Source: a virus
Taxonomy: Duplodnaviria > Heunggongvirae > Uroviricota > Caudoviricetes
Reading direction: 5' to 3' (one strand)
Virus record (IMG/VR): IMGVR_UViG_2695420643_000004
Location: 1 to 11,144 of that record
Length of the DNA stretch: 11,144 nt
Shown: positions 9,941 through 11,144 of the stretch, piece after piece
How the letters are laid out: each line of letters opens with the position of its first letter
Position numbering within the stretch: the stretch's first letter is position 1
Made by a program: the position numbers and the translations under genes
Notes under the pieces: generated by a model
What the model was told of the DNA's origin: nothing
Seen by the model: the letters and a program-made list of their open reading frames with translations, nothing else
Databases searched by the model: none

Positions 9941-10966
9941 ATGTCGATGTACACAACCGCCCAGCTGCTGGCGGCAAATGAGCAGAAATTTAAGTTTGAT
10001 CCGCTGTTTCTGCGTCTCTTTTTCCGTGAGAGCTATCCCTTCACTACGGAGAAAGTCTATCTCTCACAAATTCCGGGACTGGTAAACATGGCGCTGTACG
10101 TTTCGCCGATTGTTTCCGGTGAGGTTATCCGTTCCCGTGGCGGCTCCACCTCTGAATTTACGCCGGGATATGTCAAACCCAAGCATGAAGTGAATCCGCA
10201 GATGACCCTGCGTCGCCTGCCGGATGAAGATCCGCAGAATCTGGCGGACCCGGCTTACCGCCGCCGTCGCATCATCATGCAGAACATGCGTGACGAAGAG
10301 CTGGCCATTGCTCAGGTCGAAGAGATGCAGGCAGTTTCTGCCGTGCTCAAGGGCAAATACACCATGACCGGTGAAGCCTTCGATCCGGTTGAGGTGGATA
10401 TGGGCCGCAGTGCGACGAACAACATCACGCAGTCCGGCGGCACGGAGTGGAGCAAGCGTGACAAGTCCACGTATGACCCGACCGACGATATCGAAGCCTA
10501 CGCGCTGAACGCCAGCGGCGTGGTGAATATCATCGTGTTTGACCCGAAAGGCTGGGCGCTGTTCCGTTCCTTCAAAGCCGTCAGGGAGAAGCTGGATACC
10601 CGTCGCGGCTCTCATTCCGAACTGGAGACAGCGGTAAAAGACCTGGGCAAAGCGGTGTCTTATAAGGGAATGTATGGCGATGTGGCCATCGTCGTGTATT
10701 CCGGACAGTACGTGGAAAACGGCGTCAAAAAGAACTTCCTGCCGGACAACACGATGGTGCTGGGTAACACTCATGCACGCGGTCTGCGCACCTATGGCTG
10801 TATTCAGGATGCGGATGCATTGAGTGAGGGTATTAATGCGTCTCCCCGTTATCCGAAAAACTGGAAGACATCCGGCGATCCGGCGCGAGAGTTCACCATG
10901 ATTCAGTCAGCACCGCTGATGCTGCTGGCTGATCCTGATGAGTTCGTGTCCGTTCAACTGGCGTAA
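9941..10966 (+). CDS. E: Major capsid protein gpE, 341 aa
   Basis: MSMYTTAQLLAANEQKFKFDPLFLRLFF... matches lambda E as recalled. The ORF-track start at 9914 is upstream and in frame but runs through the hairpin; ATG 9941 is used. Confidence 0.96.
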   Translation: MSMYTTAQLLAANEQKFKFDPLFLRLFFRESYPFTTEKVYLSQIPGLVNMALYVSPIVSGEVIRSRGGSTSEFTPGYVKPKHEVNPQMTLRRLPDEDPQNLADPAYRRRRIIMQNMRDEELAIAQVEEMQAVSAVLKGKYTMTGEAFDPVEVDMGRSATNNITQSGGTEWSKRDKSTYDPTDDIEAYALNASGVVNIIVFDPKGWALFRSFKAVREKLDTRRGSHSELETAVKDLGKAVSYKGMYGDVAIVVYSGQYVENGVKKNFLPDNTMVLGNTHARGLRTYGCIQDADALSEGINASPRYPKNWKTSGDPAREFTMIQSAPLMLLADPDEFVSVQLA

Positions 10967-10968
10967 TC

Positions 10969-10990
10969 ATGGCCCTTAGGGGCCATTTTC
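10969..10990 (+). terminator. Stem-loop in the E-FI intergenic region followed by a T-rich tract
   Basis: ATGGCCC paired with GGGCCAT around a 4-nt loop (10969-10986), then TTTCTCTCT. Confidence 0.3.
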
Positions 10991-11007
10991 TCTCTGTGGA
11001 GGAGTCC

Positions 11008-11144
11008 ATGACGAAAGATGAACTGATTGCCCGTCTCCGGTCGCTGGGTGAGCAACTGAACCGTGATGTCAGCCTGACGGGGACGAAAGAAGAACTGGCG
11101 CTCCGTGTGGCAGAGCTGGAAGAGGAGCTTGATGACACGGATGA
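11008..11144 (+). CDS. FI: DNA packaging protein FI (3'-partial, first 45 codons)
   Basis: MTKDELIARLRSLGEQLNRDVSLTGTKEELALRVAELEEELDDTD matches the lambda FI N-terminus as recalled; GGAGGAG RBS upstream. Confidence 0.88.
   Translation, partial: MTKDELIARLRSLGEQLNRDVSLTGTKEELALRVAELEEELDDTD

Noticed and set aside
10064-11138. Minus-strand ORFs 10064-10774 (236 aa) and 10893-11138 (Ser-rich, 81 aa) antisense to E and FI
   Set aside because: E and FI match lambda proteins as recalled. The Ser-rich antisense product reflects the reverse complement of GA-rich codons and is not a real low-complexity protein.

Overview
This window is the late region of a lambdoid prophage, all on the + strand: the 3' end of an upstream gene, a lysis cassette, the cos packaging site, and lambda-type head genes (nu1, A, W, B, C/nu3, D, E, start of FI). 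The lysis cassette is phage-21/DLP12-like (pinholin S, SAR endolysin R, nested Rz/Rz1), and the head genes are collinear with lambda as I recall it. The most interesting part is the lysis cassette, which is interrupted by unrecognised cargo. An AT-rich two-gene insertion (a 213-aa protein coupled to the holin and a convergent 118-aa ORF) sits between S and R, two small membrane-protein ORFs sit between R and Rz, and a 74-aa Cys-containing ORF lies between Rz and cos. The cos region shows a lambda-identical cosN but a different cosB repeat (TCATGTCGG x3), matched by a divergent Nu1 N-terminus, suggesting a packaging-specificity module swap. Protein identifications rest on recalled similarity, not on searches; GC content was judged by eye, not computed.
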